Under the pieces are notes generated by a model. That model was not told the origin of the DNA and did no database searches. It was given only the letters and a program-made list of their open reading frames with translations. The translations under genes were made by a program, and so were the position numbers. A stretch of 64,000 nt of DNA from Octopus vulgaris (Eukaryota). Shown piece by piece: positions 39,905 to 54,372 of this stretch (its first letter is position 1; every line of letters starts with the position of its first letter). The stretch is from assembly GCA_951406725.2 (NCBI GenBank), contig OX597825.1, positions 71,486,001 through 71,550,000 of the forward strand, given 5' to 3'.

Positions 39905-40425
39905 ACAAGGCCCAGTCCTAATGCAGGGTACTGGCTAGAGTGCTTCAATGATCCCGAATGCTATGTTAGCAAAGAGCAAGTTCCTGGTAGGGTGTCGCAT
40001 GCTGGATAGGTCAAAGGATAGAGGCCAGACCAATAATGACCACCTCTTCCCACTGGTAACAGGTTTGTGTGGAGTCAACACCCTTACCTAGAGAAAAGCA
40101 AAGTTACAGAAGCATCGATGACAATTCAAAACCAACAAGACCTGGAGAGGAAGGCCTTCCCCCAGGGTAACATGTAACATGGTGCAGCAAAATCAAAAAG
40201 GCAGATGGGGAGGGATAGACCACACCTTTAGGAAATCAACATCCGAGATTACTTGTCACACCCTGGCCTGGAACCCATAAGGGAGGTGAAAGCGAGGACA
40301 CCCTAAAAATTACTGGAGGTAGGATACTGAGGCAGGACTTGAAGGAGGAGGGATCCAATTCAAGAGAAACAGAGTCAAGAACTGTGGAGAAAAGTCATCA
40401 ATGGCCTATGCTCCACAGAGAGTAT
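39905..40425 (+). mobile_element. Older bipartite RTE element: 5' UTR fused to the 3' end of the ORF
   Basis: 5' motif ATGATCC..GCTATG..TTCCTGGTAGGGTGTCGCATGCTGGATAGGTC, followed by decayed RTE C-terminus (IDHTFRK...LAWNP*GR*KRGHPKNYWR...LWRKVINGLCST). Confidence 0.75.
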
Positions 40426-40627
40426 TCTTTTATTCTTTTACTTGGTTCAGGTAGTTGTCTGCAGCCATGCTGGAGCACCACCTTAAAGGGTTTTAGTTGA
40501 ACAAATTGACCCCAGGAGTTATTCTTTGTAAGCCTGGTACTTATTGTATTGCTCTCTTTTGCCGAACTGCAGGTTATGGGGATGCAAACATACCAACATC
40601 AGTTGTCAAGCCATGGTGGGACATGAC

Positions 40628-41335
<708 letters not shown>

Positions 41336-42171
41336 TGGATTTAAGTCAGACTTATATTAAGGATAGACTTAATATACACGAGAAACTGTTAGCCTGATAA
41401 AATATATCTTATCAAGGTGACATGCAATGGAACTGAACCCGGAACCATGTAGTTGGGAAGCAAGCTGCTTATTTCTTTATTGCCCAGAAGGGGCTAAACA
41501 TAGAGGGGACAAACAAGAAGAGACAAGGATATTAAGTCAATTACATCAATCCCAGTGTGTAATTGGTACTAAATTTATCGACCTGAAAGGATGAAAGGCA
41601 AAGTTGACCTCGGCAGAATTTGAACTCAGAACGTAGCGGCAGACGAAATACAGCTAAGCATTTTGCCTGGCGTACTAACGTTTCTGCCAGCTTACCACAC
41701 AGCCATACCTGTGCCTATAGGGCTTAAAAGAACGAAAAATAACGAAAAGAAAAAGAAAATTCTATCCAATTCTTTAAAGATAGACACTCCACTTCCTGAC
41801 CTTCCATGTGTCTTTATTAGAAATTATTAAATTTCTTGCATATTGATGAATTTTGTTTGCGTGCTAATTGTGAAGTCTGTATCTGAGTGTATGCATGCAT
41901 GCCCTGCTTAAAGGTAACAGTGGTGGGGAGGAAGAGAAGCAAAAGGGTTGAATGCAGTTAGATGGGGATGGGCAAATAGATTCAAGAGCAAAGGTGAATA
42001 AAGTAACAGTAATAAAGGAGTGCAATGGTTAGTGGTGGTGGTGGTGGTGGTGGGGTCTTTGTAAGTGTGGAGCACTATTTGTAGAATTGAGAAAGAAAAT
42101 TGATAAAATATTTAATGAGGAAAAAATAGGTCGAAATGGAGACTGGTAAATGAGAAAAAAGAAGAAAGTGT

Positions 42172-42225
<54 letters not shown>

Positions 42226-42904
42226 GAAAGCAATGGAGTGAGAAAATCAAGGAGAAAATAAGGGAGAAAGAGAAAGAGAGTGTGTGTGTGTATGTGAAAG
42301 AGAGAGAGAGAGAGGGGACAGACAGAGAAGCCAAAGAAAAAATGTGTATAAAGATGAAAAAGAAAGGTAGAAGAAAAAATAAAAGGAAAACATAAAACCT
42401 GAGAAACTTATTGAGAGAGAGAGAGAGAAATCTAAGAAAAAATGTCTGTAAAGATAGAAAAAAAGGTAGAAGGAAAAGGGAAAACAAAATTTAACAGAAA
42501 TTTTAATGAGAGAGAGAGAGAGAGAGAAAGAGAAAGAGAGAGAGACAGACAGACAGAAAGTGAGAGTGGGAGAAGTGGTGTTATTAAAGAATAAAGATAT
42601 TAGTATGTGACTTGGGAAGTTTTAATACGATGAAAAGCGAATAGCAAAAAAAAAAAAAGAGCCTGTGGAAGATATATATATATATCGTAGTTTAAATTCA
42701 TCACTGAAATATACCAATATATTTAGAAAAAAAAATGGCACTCTGGTTTTGGCAGCAATTAAATAGTTTGCTAAAAAAAGTAATGAACAAACAAGAAGAT
42801 AAGGAGGTTAAAAAAAGGAGAAAAAAAAGAATAACAAAATAAAAACGAGAGTTTGCTTCAATGAAATGAAACAGAGAACAAGCAAGCTGTAGAAATAGAA
42901 GCTG

Positions 42905-43360
42905 ATGAAGACCATGTTAGGAAGCTAGCCATAGCCAGATTTTTCTAGGTAGAGACATTGACACGAACATGATTACAAAAAGAATGCAATAGCGGAGGAA
43001 GAAGTGTCAAGAAGAGGAGGAAGAGGAAATGTAGATGGAAGACATAGCAAAAAAGAAAAAGGAAAATTGATAGAGGAATTTGAGGAAAACCCCATTGGAG
43101 TTTAAAGAATAGCTGCAAAATAATGATAAGGAGAAGAGATTATGAAAGCCATGCATGCGAGCTAGCCATACCGAGATATTCTAGTGATAGATATTGACAT
43201 GAACAAGAGAATAAGATCATGATGCGATGAACGGTTGTCAGAGTAAGAAGAAGGGAAGAAGAATTGGACGAAGATGACGAGTAGGAGGTTAAAAATTGAT
43301 GAATAAAAGACGGGGGTAGGGAAAGAGTTTGAGGAAAATTGAAGCTTTAAGAATACCATG
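42905..43360. repeat. Old diverged tandem duplication, ~237-bp period, purine-rich on +
   Basis: AGCTAGCCATA, ATTGACA(C/T)GAACA, AAAATTGAT and TTTGAGGAAAA each occur twice in the same order. Confidence 0.65.
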
Positions 43361-44215
43361 TTTAAAGCCTTTGCTATGCTGAGGTATTTTCTCAGCATAT
43401 CTGAAGTTCTTGTTTCACGGTTCAACGAGAGCTGACAAATGTAGAATTGTATGTGTTACAATAAAGAAAAAAAAAAAGAAAAAAGAAAACACAAAACAAA
43501 AGTAAAAAAGAAAAGGAAAAGGAAAAAAAAAAAAGAAAAGAGAAGCACAAAAGGAAGCAAGCAAGAAACTAATTAATAATAAAATAACAGTAATGAATAA
43601 ATGAAATTAAAGAAAACAATAGATAAACTTTGTATGTAATCACTCCTGCAGAAGTTGTGTAATAAATTAACATTGCAGCAGGTTGGTCCTATTTGTCATT
43701 AGCAAGTTCTCTCATCATTAATTTAAGTACAACGAATCAGGCCAAATGGATTTTACGGTAACGATAATTAAACACCAATTACATAATCACATGATCTCAC
43801 TTAGATCTATAGCAGAAACAAAACCAGATGCTGAGACATTCATCACTCAAAGACATTCTGCAAGTGAAATAAAGGGACCTCAAGGGACCCATGAAATTAC
43901 AGAAAACTTTATCTTCATGCAATTTATCTAAGGGCAAGCCAGCTTTACTGAACTGTCCTTCTCTATGCCTTATCTGAAAAAAGGAACTGAGCTAGGTATT
44001 GAGCCCTTATGAAAAGAAGTCCTGCCAATTGTACAGTGTTGGTGCAGTTTACAGCATTGAAATCTGCTGCCCTATAGATGAGCCAGTAAGACACTCCTTT
44101 ACATGGTAAGTCACTCTTTTAGAAATAGTAACCAAATCTTTCTCAAACCACACTCAAAATAAGAGACACACAGGACAAGATGATAGAGTCCTAGAGACAC
44201 ATTGGATAATATATA

Positions 44216-44450
44216 TCTATTTCTTTACTACCCACAAGGGGCTAAACACAGAGGGGGACAAACAAGGATAGACAAACGGATTAAGTCGATTACATTGACC
44301 CCAGTGCGTAACTGGTACTTAATTTATCGACCCCGAAAGGATGAAAGGCAAAGTCGACCTCGGTGGAGTTTGAACCCAGAACGTAGCAGCAGACGAAATA
44401 CGGCTATGCATTTCGCCTGGCGTGCTAACGTTTCTGCCAGCTCGCCGCCC
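44216..44450 (-). mobile_element. SINE family B, intact, 14-bp TSD
   Basis: TSD TTGGATAATATATA at 44202-44215 and 44451-44464. Confidence 0.9.
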
Positions 44451-45645
44451 TTGGATAATATATAATCCTAGAGACACTACAGCTAAAATTGGGGGGAAAA
44501 AATAAACAAAAAACAAGAATGAAAAAGCCAAAAGTTGGGATGTCTTGGGTTACAGAAATATTTGATAGAACTCACCTCAGGCTAAACAACAAACTAGCAT
44601 ATAGAAGCTATTTATAGTTAGGTGGAGAGATGTTACACGGCTTTGAAATGCATATATCGTAGTCCAAATAGGAAGATATGAACCATCAACTGCTTGACTG
44701 GGAATTCAATACCCAATGAATTCAATCATCTGTAGTTATCTTTTCCCCCGAAAGCTAAAGTACAAATTTTGCAAAACCAGGCTGCACTACTCTCAGTCAG
44801 AATCAGTCTATTACTGATCTCTAACCTTTTAACATTCAGAATACTCTGCCAAATCTTATGCTTATTTATTCACAGTGTTTTAAATTAATCATGTATTATC
44901 TCATAACTTTGAGATTTCGATGAGGTGATTGTTAATTTTGTTAGAATAACATTGCAGGAAAGGTATGAAAGACTGGATCTGGATGGTTTGAACATAAAAC
45001 AGGTAGATGAAAGGGCAGTATTCATGACCTCTTACCTTTTCATAGTCTCTGAAGACTGACAGGAGAAAAGGAAGAAGTTATCCTGCAACTGGAAACTCAG
45101 CCTGAATGCTTGCAACACACTTGACTCCACTAGAGGCACCCAAGGACCAGGTGGAAGTGAGCTAAACTAGGAAAGAGATTCACTCTTATACCCCAAGAAC
45201 TCAAAATGCGTAAACCTGGAACAAATACTAAAAATTTTATTTGACATTCTAACAATTTCACCACTCCAGTACCTTGGACTGATATTTTATTTTATTGACC
45301 CTGAAAGGCTGAAAAGGCAAAGATAGCATTGGCAGGGTTAGAACTCTGAACACCAAGCACTGAACAATTACCAGAAAATACTTTATCCTCTGCTTTAACA
45401 CCTCAGCCAATTCACCACCTTAAGTGAAATTGATACTGGATGAATAGGAGATTGTGTGATGTTTATGCCTTTCTCAGGAACCTTAACAATATATGTAAAA
45501 TGAAATAGCTACTAGTGTGAATCAAAGCCAAGTTATGAACTTGACTATTTCTTGTATTACACTAATCATCACAATTAAGACTAAAGAATTAATTAAGAAC
45601 CAACAAACAGGAAGAACTGGATAAACGAAAGATAAAATTTAGAAA

Positions 45646-45693
<48 letters not shown>

Positions 45694-45954
45694 GTATCAG
45701 ACAGATGACCAATTTTTACTTGAATGAGTATGAAAAAAGGGTACAAAACTATGACAGATAATGTTTTGAAAGATACACAAGGCTGGTTTGTTGATAAAAT
45801 GATGGATGACAAATATAAATCAAGAATTTTTTATATTTATTATATTCACAGACTTGCAAGATCCTTAGGAATTTTACATCTTATAAACGACCCTGTTTCT
45901 ATTTTGCTACATAAATCTATACATCTTCATTATTTTTCTCTGCTGGTTACTACA

Positions 45955-46105
45955 GATTATTATTTGGTCATTGCTTAATTATTACTAGTTATTCACTGGT
46001 TATTTCTATTATTGCTTAGTAATTGATTAGGTATCCCTAGCTATTGCTTGGTTATTGCTGATTATTGCTTGGTCACTGCTTGGTTATTGCTAGTTAGTGT
46101 TTGGT
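45955..46105. repeat. Degenerate ~11-bp minisatellite (GTTATTGCTTG-like)
   Basis: About a dozen imperfect units. Confidence 0.65.
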
Positions 46106-49100
46106 CCACTTTCTTACAAAATCCTTTCAAATGAAGTCTCCATTTGACAGTCAAGATTTTGTGAAGACATCTGCAGTTGAAGGCAGCGTCAGCTGACGGT
46201 ACCAACACCAAGTTTTTAGCAGATATTGTTTCTTGGTTTACTCATTTTATTTTTCTAACCAAACTAGCCTGAGTGGAATAGTTATTTTTGCCCAGTAAAC
46301 CGCAGTAAGTATTGATAGGTGTCAGATGGTTATCATAATGGAGTATGCCACTAACTAGCAGCAATATAACTTTTGTACCAAGTGATGCATTATAAAATGA
46401 CAGCATCATGGCTCCAGGCTAAAACTAATACATCTTTAAGTCTTTATTTCACTGAATCTAGTCTCTGCAGAGAAATACTGAGCAGTGGAAAACAAAAATT
46501 ATGTCAAACAAAACACACAAACAGAAAATTTAAAAAGGAAAAATAAAAAAAGATAATTCTCAAATTTTCAGATTCATCCAACTCTAAAACAACAAATTCC
46601 ACAAATTCTTTAAATATTCACTGGGAGAAGAAATGAAAAAAATACTTCCCTAATGTTCATAAATAAATAATTTGAATGAAATAAATGTCAAGGGTTAAAC
46701 TTTACTATTCTGATTCAGGTCAGATTTATGTTGTAGTTATTTACTTAAGGAACCAATGTTTATAGGACTTTTCAAGATCAGATGAGAACCATGTTTTTAA
46801 CATGATATGGCCATAGTGTGACAAATACGAGGAAGATGAGGATGATAATGATGATGGTGATGCTTGCAATAGTTGCTTATTTAAGCAATCACTGCTAGGA
46901 TCATTCCCACCATATCTGATAAGAAAGTGCACACAAAACATTTTATTATATATCAGTCGATAAAACAGATCACATAAAAAAAAAATACTGAATTTGTAAA
47001 GCATTTGAAATTTATGAGTAATATGATAAGCAATATGTAAATAGATGTAAGAGGAAATCAAGTGAACAAACATATCGAATTTAAAACAACTAATGGAGGC
47101 ACATATCAGTTTAGAGCAATTGTAAATAAAGATAATTTAATATGATGTGATAAAATATTTTATATTTTTAGGACATTCATAAAAGCGATTAGTAAAAACA
47201 GTCAAAGTGGTTTTAGGTTTAGTTTTATGTTTCAAGAGCATTCCCAAAAAGAGTATATAGTGGTTGTATTTCCACAATACCAGTCTTTGAACTTACAAAG
47301 TCTTTGAAAACAATGCTGCTTGTTAGCTAAATTGCATTATTAGTTTAAGACAATGTCCACAAGGCAGGCAGACAGATACCTTAAGATATTAGAACATGAG
47401 GCATGCTGGAAAACATTGACAAAATGGATTAAAAGACTGAGAGCTATGAGAGCTGTATGTCTTATCAATAGCCATACATAACATGGTCCCAATATTAGGG
47501 TTTATATTACCCATTTCTCAGTTGGTCATATAGTAGTTAACCCTTTCAATACTAACCTGCCTCAGACTGTTCCTGATTCTAGGATTCAAACTTCTTGTCT
47601 TAAAGTGACCTCGGTTAAAATTTCCATTAAAATTTCATGTTAATTTACACCAAATACCAGTTTCATAATGACAAAAGTTAATTTGCTAAACTCTTCATTA
47701 TTTTCAAAATAACTTGAAACAAAATCAGTGAATTTCAGCAGAAATATGGCAACAAAAGGATTGACTTATCTGACTGTCACCTTAAAATCTGGTGACAATG
47801 TTATGAGGCAACAAGAGAGCAGTCAACTATCATGCTAGATTTAGCAACCAAACAACCTTCAAAAAACAGCCTACTTATTAGGAAAATACAAAATAGAAAC
47901 TCAATACATTTGATAATATAATCCTAGAGACATGAGACTCTCTTTTGTCTCTTTTACTTGTTTCAATCATTGGATTGTGGCCTTGCTGGGGAACTACCTT
48001 AAAGGGTTTAGATGAACAAATTCCCAGTATTTATTTTAAAGTCTGATGCTTATGTATGTTACTGTCTCTTTTGCTGACCTGTTATGGGGGACATAAACTA
48101 ACCAACACCAGTTATCAAGTGGTGGTGGGACACAGATACACACACATATACAACAAGCTTCAGCACAGTTTCCATTTATGAAATTCACTCACATTGGGCA
48201 ACCTATAGTAGAATGCATTTGCTCAATGTACCAGGCAGTGGAACTGAACTCCAAAGTCCACTTTGCATGTGGCTGGGAAACACAGCCACGTTTACTATTA
48301 AAAAAAAATAATAATAATAATAAAAACTTGACACATTTGATAATAGAGCCCTAGACACATTACATTTGACAGAAAAAAATCTAAAAATAAACCAGGACAA
48401 TCATGGATGGCTGGATTATAATTGACCATGAGTTTTACTTGATGAGGGCTGACTAAAGATGAAACAACAACAGTAACAAAAATTGCAAAAGCATTGATTT
48501 CAGTTTAATGTTAAACGAAGAACATTCAATCACCATAAAGATGGGGCCATTTTTTTTAGGAGGTAAAAGACAAAACCAAACCAAAAAACCATATTCTAGC
48601 CTAATTGAAATGTTGGTCTGAAAATTACTCATCAAATCATGCAAGAGATCGTAATTTTTTAAATTCAATTCCATCATTTCATTATATTTTATATGAATAC
48701 ATCAAAATTAATACCATGACTATTAATCACCATCATTGTCCTCTTTATCACCATAAATGCTGTTAAGAATTGATTTACCCTTTATTTCAAAGCTATCTGC
48801 CCCAAATCACAGATTCTCATTTGTACAGAGGAAGATAGAAATCAATATGTCAAATTCAAGAAATCAATATACTATGAAGAACCTGCTTTATTAGCTCTAC
48901 GTGGTTGTGGAAATACTATTATTATCATTATTATTATTAAGGCAGCAAAGCTGGCAGAATTGTTAGCACACTAGGAAAAATCCTAAGCAGCTTTTCGTCC
49001 ATCTTTATATTCTGAGTTCAAATTCCACCAAGGTCAACTTTGCTCTTCATCTTTTTGCAGTCAATAAAATAAGTACCAGTTGAGCATCGAGGTCAATGTA

Positions 49101-50989
49101 ATTCACTTACCCCATTTCTCAAACTTGGTGGTCTTGTTTCAAAATTTGAAGCCACACACACACAAACACAGATGATAAGCTTTCTGTTTCTATATATTAA
49201 ATCCACATGTAAGACTTTGGTCGCCCCTGGGGTTGCAGTAGAAGACATATTCCCAAAGTGCTATGCAGCAGGACTGAACCTGAGACCACATGGTTGGGAA
49301 GCAAACTTCTTAACCAAACAGCCACATTATTTTAAAGCTAGTTGAAGAATAACAACAGAACACTTACTGAGGTAGAACTCAATACTGTCAGTAAAGTCAA
49401 ATTTATTGTCCACTTCAGGTTGACTAGGACTTCTAAGTTTTGCTTAATGGCTTATTCCTGTTGAAACCATCTGAAAGTTTCATCATCATTTTTGTGTCAG
49501 TTTTCCATGCTAGAACAGGTTGGATGTTTCAACAGGATCTAATAGGTCAGGGGACCATCTCTCACTTTGGTATGTTTCTACAGCTGGGTATATTGTATCA
49601 AATTTCTACTGACTCCTTTTCTACATAAATAACAAGGTCATTTCTTTCATGTCTGTTACTTAATAATACCCATAACTATTTATAAGTTAATTTTGAGTTC
49701 CTTTCATTCCAGGATTTTTTTCTGCATCTGGAATTCCCTAATCCTGCAACAGATTCAGTTGCAAGAACAAGTCCTTGAGCATATAGGAGTTTCATAGGCA
49801 TCCTGTCATAAACTCTTCTGTTTTGGCCTAGAGGACTATGGTGAGTAGAAAGCAATTGAGTATTTCTTTAATGCCCACAGGGAGCTAAACATAGAAGGGA
49901 CAAACAAGAACAGACAAAGGGAGAAGTTGATTACATCGACCCCTGGTACTTATTTAATTGACTCCGAAAGGATGAAAGGCAAAGTCGACTTTGATGGAAT
50001 TTGAACTGATAATGTAACGGCAGACGAAATGCCTGTTTCTTTACTACCCACAAGGGGCTAAACACAGAGAGGACAGACAAACGGATTAAATCAATTACAT
50101 CGACTCCAGTGCGTAACTGGTACTTAATTTATCAACCCCGAAAGAATGAAAGGCAAAGTCGACAAAGTCAACAGCAGACAAAATACCGCTAAGCATTTCG
50201 TCCAGTGTGCTAACAATTCTGTCAGCTCACCACCCTCAATTGAGGCAGTTGAATATTGAGCCCTGTACACTAAATTCATTGCTGTACTTGGAAACTCTCA
50301 TCTTGCAGACAGCACACTTGTACACAGATTGTATGGGTCTCACAAACCATTTGCTAACTAGCTCCCTTCGAGTGAGGAACTCTGTTCAAGGCTCCATCAC
50401 CACTGTATATACATATACATACACACACACACACACACACACAAACACATGCACACACATATATATAAAACAATATGGTTATTTACTATTTGAGGTTATA
50501 CCTTATCTATTTGATAAACATGCCTTGGATAGGCAAACAATTCCTTTGATAATTGACTGAAGTATCATCAATCATTCTTTGGTTTATCAAAAGATGTAAC
50601 CTTTACACTGTTATTCAAACACTTTGCTAGCCAGCTTCTTGCATGAAGTGCTACTGAGGTGATCACCTAGATTTTACTTGTTTCCTCAATTTTATATATT
50701 ACTGATGCTCTGTTAATATGAATGTTGTCAGCTCTAAGTTAAGCAAGTATCTCTTTGTAGAATTTATTTTTTTTATTTGTTTTAGCCATATAGCAGCAGT
50801 CATGCTGGAACACCCGCTGTGGTCTTGTACCTTTGCCACATCTTTGTTGTTTGGCTAATTTCTTCAGAGCGGTGGGTGATGTCATATCACCACAACTATA
50901 TGTGCTTTTGATCCTGGTTGTTGGCCTATTTGAAGTATGAGGGAATTTGACACTGCTGTCCTTGTCTGAACCAGATGAGCCAGTAGCTC

Positions 50990-51442
50990 ACCTGGTATAG
51001 AGGATCGAAGAATGTCCAGTTACTTTACAAAAACATCTACATCCACAGTGTGGAGGTTTAATTATTTTGACAGACAATTACAGAGCTGCAGGCCTTTGAA
51101 CTCTAAGCTACTGCAGTGTTTGGTCCTGTCATTAAGTGGGGTGGAAGGTACCCTTGGTACAATGCAATGGTATCCAGTTTCAGTATTTCTATAACACTCG
51201 ATGCCGAAATTAGGTACTAGCCCTTCCAGAATTTTCTATATGTAAATTATTACATATTTCTTGCATCTTTGCTTCAGGGAGCAAAGTCATAGTTTTTTTC
51301 AGCTTCTCCCAGTGGTTCATCTGCTGCAATGATGCAATATTTTTAGTGTAGTAACATTGGATCGCTTCAAGCTCTGAGATTAGTTTGGCACTATGTGGTG
51401 TCCATAGCTGAAAGTAGGGATCCAGGTGGCAGAGCAAAGGTC
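50990..51442 (-). mobile_element. CR1/L2-clade LINE 3' fragment
   Basis: LCHLDPYFQLWTPHSAKLISELEAIQCYYTKNIASLQQMNHWEKLK, then a frameshifted YIWKILEGLVPNF; typical post-RT CR1 segment. Confidence 0.75.
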
Positions 51443-52556
51443 ATTTTGTATTAATTTTCAAAATTTTGAGATATTTGCTATTTAAAGACACACAGCAATG
51501 CTGACAGACACACACACATGCACACTTAGAAACATACAAATAACAAAGATGAGAAGAAAATAAGTTGCAGAATGAAAGTTGGTAAAGGTCCACATGTGTG
51601 TGTGTGTGTGTGTTTGTGTGAGTGTGTGTGTGTTTGTGTGCATGTGTATGTGTGTGTGTGTATGTGTGTGGGCATGCGATAAAAAAAATTTCACAAAGAA
51701 ATTTCACAAAGCAAGCAAAGTAATCAGTAATTAAAGGAGTAATTATCATAAAGAAGTGAACTGTAACCAGTGTGTATGATTCTTTTTCTATGTCTTCACA
51801 CCAACATCGACTGAATAGTGGTGATATTGATATCTCTTGTAAAAATATATCCTAGTGGCTTGGTGATTTCAGTATGGGAAAATGACAATAAAAAAATGTC
51901 TTACTTGAAAAATAACATGAAAGAAAAGCACAGCTCATAAAAAGTATTAGTAAATATTTGTAAGAAGATATAGATCAGTAAGATAAACAATCTATCTGTC
52001 TGTCTAACCATCCTTAAGATATCTTGCTGATGTTTTTATCAATATAATGATTTGTAGTACAATCCATAAAGCTTCATAATGTGCAAGAAAACTGACTTCA
52101 TTTGTGACTTAACGTGGTTTTTTTTCCTCAGTGGCCTTAATAGTGCTGCACAAAGCGAGGTGGGTGAAATGAGGTCAGCTTGTTGGAGTGAAATCGGGAG
52201 GGAGTACAACATCTCAAGTTCATACTGATTGGCCTCAGTGTTTGCTTTCAATAGAGTGTCATCTTACCACAAAATCCAAAAGAAAGATTGGAAATGAAAT
52301 GGGGGTGGGATACGGGTAGGGCAGTTTGAGAATGTTTATGCCATTTCCATATTCATTTTATTTGTAGCTTTCAATGACGGTTTGAACCGGATCTAAATGA
52401 GGAAATGCATGTCAGACAATGGCTTGCTTACAGGCACTTTTAACTATGCACATACACACACATGCACATGCACAAACACACACACACATATGCATAAGCA
52501 CACACACACACACATACATATGCATAAGCACACACACACACACATAAGTATATACA

Positions 52557-53200
52557 GATGTATGTAGTCAATCTAAACAAGAACAAGCGAGAAGAAACAA
52601 TAACGCGAGGACGTGGAACAAGTACTGTGTTATTGGACGCTCAGGAAAGGAATGAAAAGAAAGAGGATTTCATGTTTCGAGCAGAGCCTCTTCGTCAGAA
52701 ATATAGAAAAAGTCCAAAGAAGGGAAGATGGAGAAAGAAAATCGCCAATGATACACACGCGGTCACATATTGAAATGACCAGAAGGGAATGGGTGAAGAA
52801 AAAGTCCTTTCTAAGACAGGAGAGTGCAAGAGAAGGAGGTATATGTGTGTGTATGTGCGTGCGTGCAGGTCTGTGTGTGTGTGTGTGTGTGGTTGGACAA
52901 GTGTCACTGAAGGTCATAGGAAAAATTTATAGTAAGAATTTTGGTAGGAGTGGCTATCTGTTGTGTCTCCCTACACCTGGCATAGGAGAATAGTTAGTAG
53001 AAAGGTGTTTAACTGGTAGTTAGAAGTATGTGTGTGTGCATGTATGTATATGTTGTGTCTGTGTGTTTTGTGTGCAGTGTGTTTGTATATGTGTCTGTGT
53101 GGGTGTGTACGTGTGAGGTTGTGTGGGGGTTAGCGTCTGTGGAGGAAATGTAAGTTACTCTGTGTGTGTGTGTGTGCTTGTATGTGTGTGATGCGAAAAT
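52557..53200 (-). mobile_element. Penelope-like element terminal (pLTR) fragment
   Basis: Contains a CTGACGAAGAG..CTCGAAAC hammerhead-type motif; sits next to CA/TA microsatellite. Family assignment is from recalled similarity only. Confidence 0.5.
52663..52705 (-). ncRNA. Degenerate minimal type-I hammerhead ribozyme motif
   Basis: CUGACGA-A-GAG(GCUCUG)CUC-GAAAC-AUG: both core boxes and a short stem II are present; stem III and the cleavage triplet look decayed. Confidence 0.45.
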
Positions 53201-53531
53201 AAGTTTTGCATATGCGCAGAAGTGTAAAAAAAAGAATTTATTCAGATTCAATAAATTGGTTTCAAACTTTCATGATTTTGAATGCATGACATGGAAGGAT
53301 TTGAAGCTAAGCTGAATTTGTCTTGAACGTAATTAGAGTTTGAAAATGACTCCCTTTTTAAGCAGAGATTAATGGCAAAAATTGTCATCAGCAGGGCTAC
53401 AGTTTGGTTGGTTGAAGTTGATAATGAGGTCAGAATGAATGAATGAAAACTTGCATCAAAAGTTAAGGATGTATTTCTCTAGCGAATGCCCCTGAGACTG
53501 CCTGGACCACATGACAGCAGCACCAAAAGGC

Positions 53532-53738
53532 GCCGTCCAAGAATTTGGACCTGGAGATCTCCATTTCTAGCGACTTCGAGAGCCACCTCCCAGTGGTGTC
53601 GGGTGTCAACGAAGAGCCCTCGACTACAACAAGATGACCAAAGTTTTTTTTTCTTCCAAGGTCTGGGGTCTCCGGCCCCTAAGCCCTAGACCATCACCTA
53701 ATCACCCTTACCCGTCTTGTTGCTTAACAACAACAACA
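53532..53738 (+). mobile_element. Young ~207-bp retro-insertion with (AAC)n tail and 18-bp TSD
   Basis: Perfect direct repeat ACAGCAGCACCAAAAGGC at 53514-53531 and 53739-53756; GC/CpG-rich body. Confidence 0.8.
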
Positions 53739-53973
53739 ACAGCAGCACCAAAAGGCAAGATTGTTACTCCATGAATGTGTGATGAGCAAATATGAACAAG
53801 TTGTTAGAATAACTAAAAATAGAGAAACAAGATTACTTGCTTGTATGCAAGTGACAATAAGTTATATATTTTGTTGCCCAAGTGTCTGAGATTATGATCT
53901 ACAACAGTGTAAATAATCTGCTCGATATGTTCTTACAGGTTATGCAGTTGTGGTTTGTATTTTTAAATAAGCA

Positions 53974-54372
53974 TAGGCGCAGGAGTGGCTGTGTGGTAAG
54001 TAGCTTGCTTACTAACCACATGGTCTCAGATTCAGACCCACTGCATGGCACCTTGGGCAAGTGTCTTCTACTATAGCCTCGGGCCAACCAAAGCCTTGTG
54101 AGTGGATTTGGTAGACGGAAACTGAAAGAAGCCAATCGTATATATATATATATATATGTATGTGTGTTTATGTTTGTGTGTCTGTGTTTGTCCTCCTAGC
54201 ATTGCTTGACAACCGATGCTGGCGTATTTATGTCCCCGTAACTTAGTGGTTCGGCAAAAGAGCTCGATTGAATAAGTACTAGGCTTACAAAGAATAAATC
54301 CTGGAGTCGATTTGCTCGACTAAAGGCAGTGCTGCAGCATAGCCACGGTCAAATGACTGAAACAAGTAAAAG
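53974..54372 (+). mobile_element. tRNA-head SINE family A (CORE-like domain, internal TA/TG tract), full length
   Basis: AGGCGCAGGAGTGGCTGTGTGGTAAG head, B-box-like region, ACCTTGGGCAAGTG core, tail GAAACAAGTAAAAGA; more than 10 related copies in the window. Confidence 0.9.

Noticed and set aside
42029-42487. 152-aa hydrophobic ORF ending in poly-His, and the overlapping ER-rich ORF
   Set aside because: Produced by (GA)n and purine-rich low-complexity sequence.
48417-48455. Acceptor-like site giving xQPSSSKTHGQL*
   Set aside because: The downstream sequence looks like the tail of a dispersed repeat (similar text near 19110-19160 and 44575), so it is not counted as an exon.
53974-54050. tRNA gene
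   Set aside because: tRNA-derived SINE head; it runs on into the SINE body and the same head recurs in many copies. The same applies to the other SINE heads.
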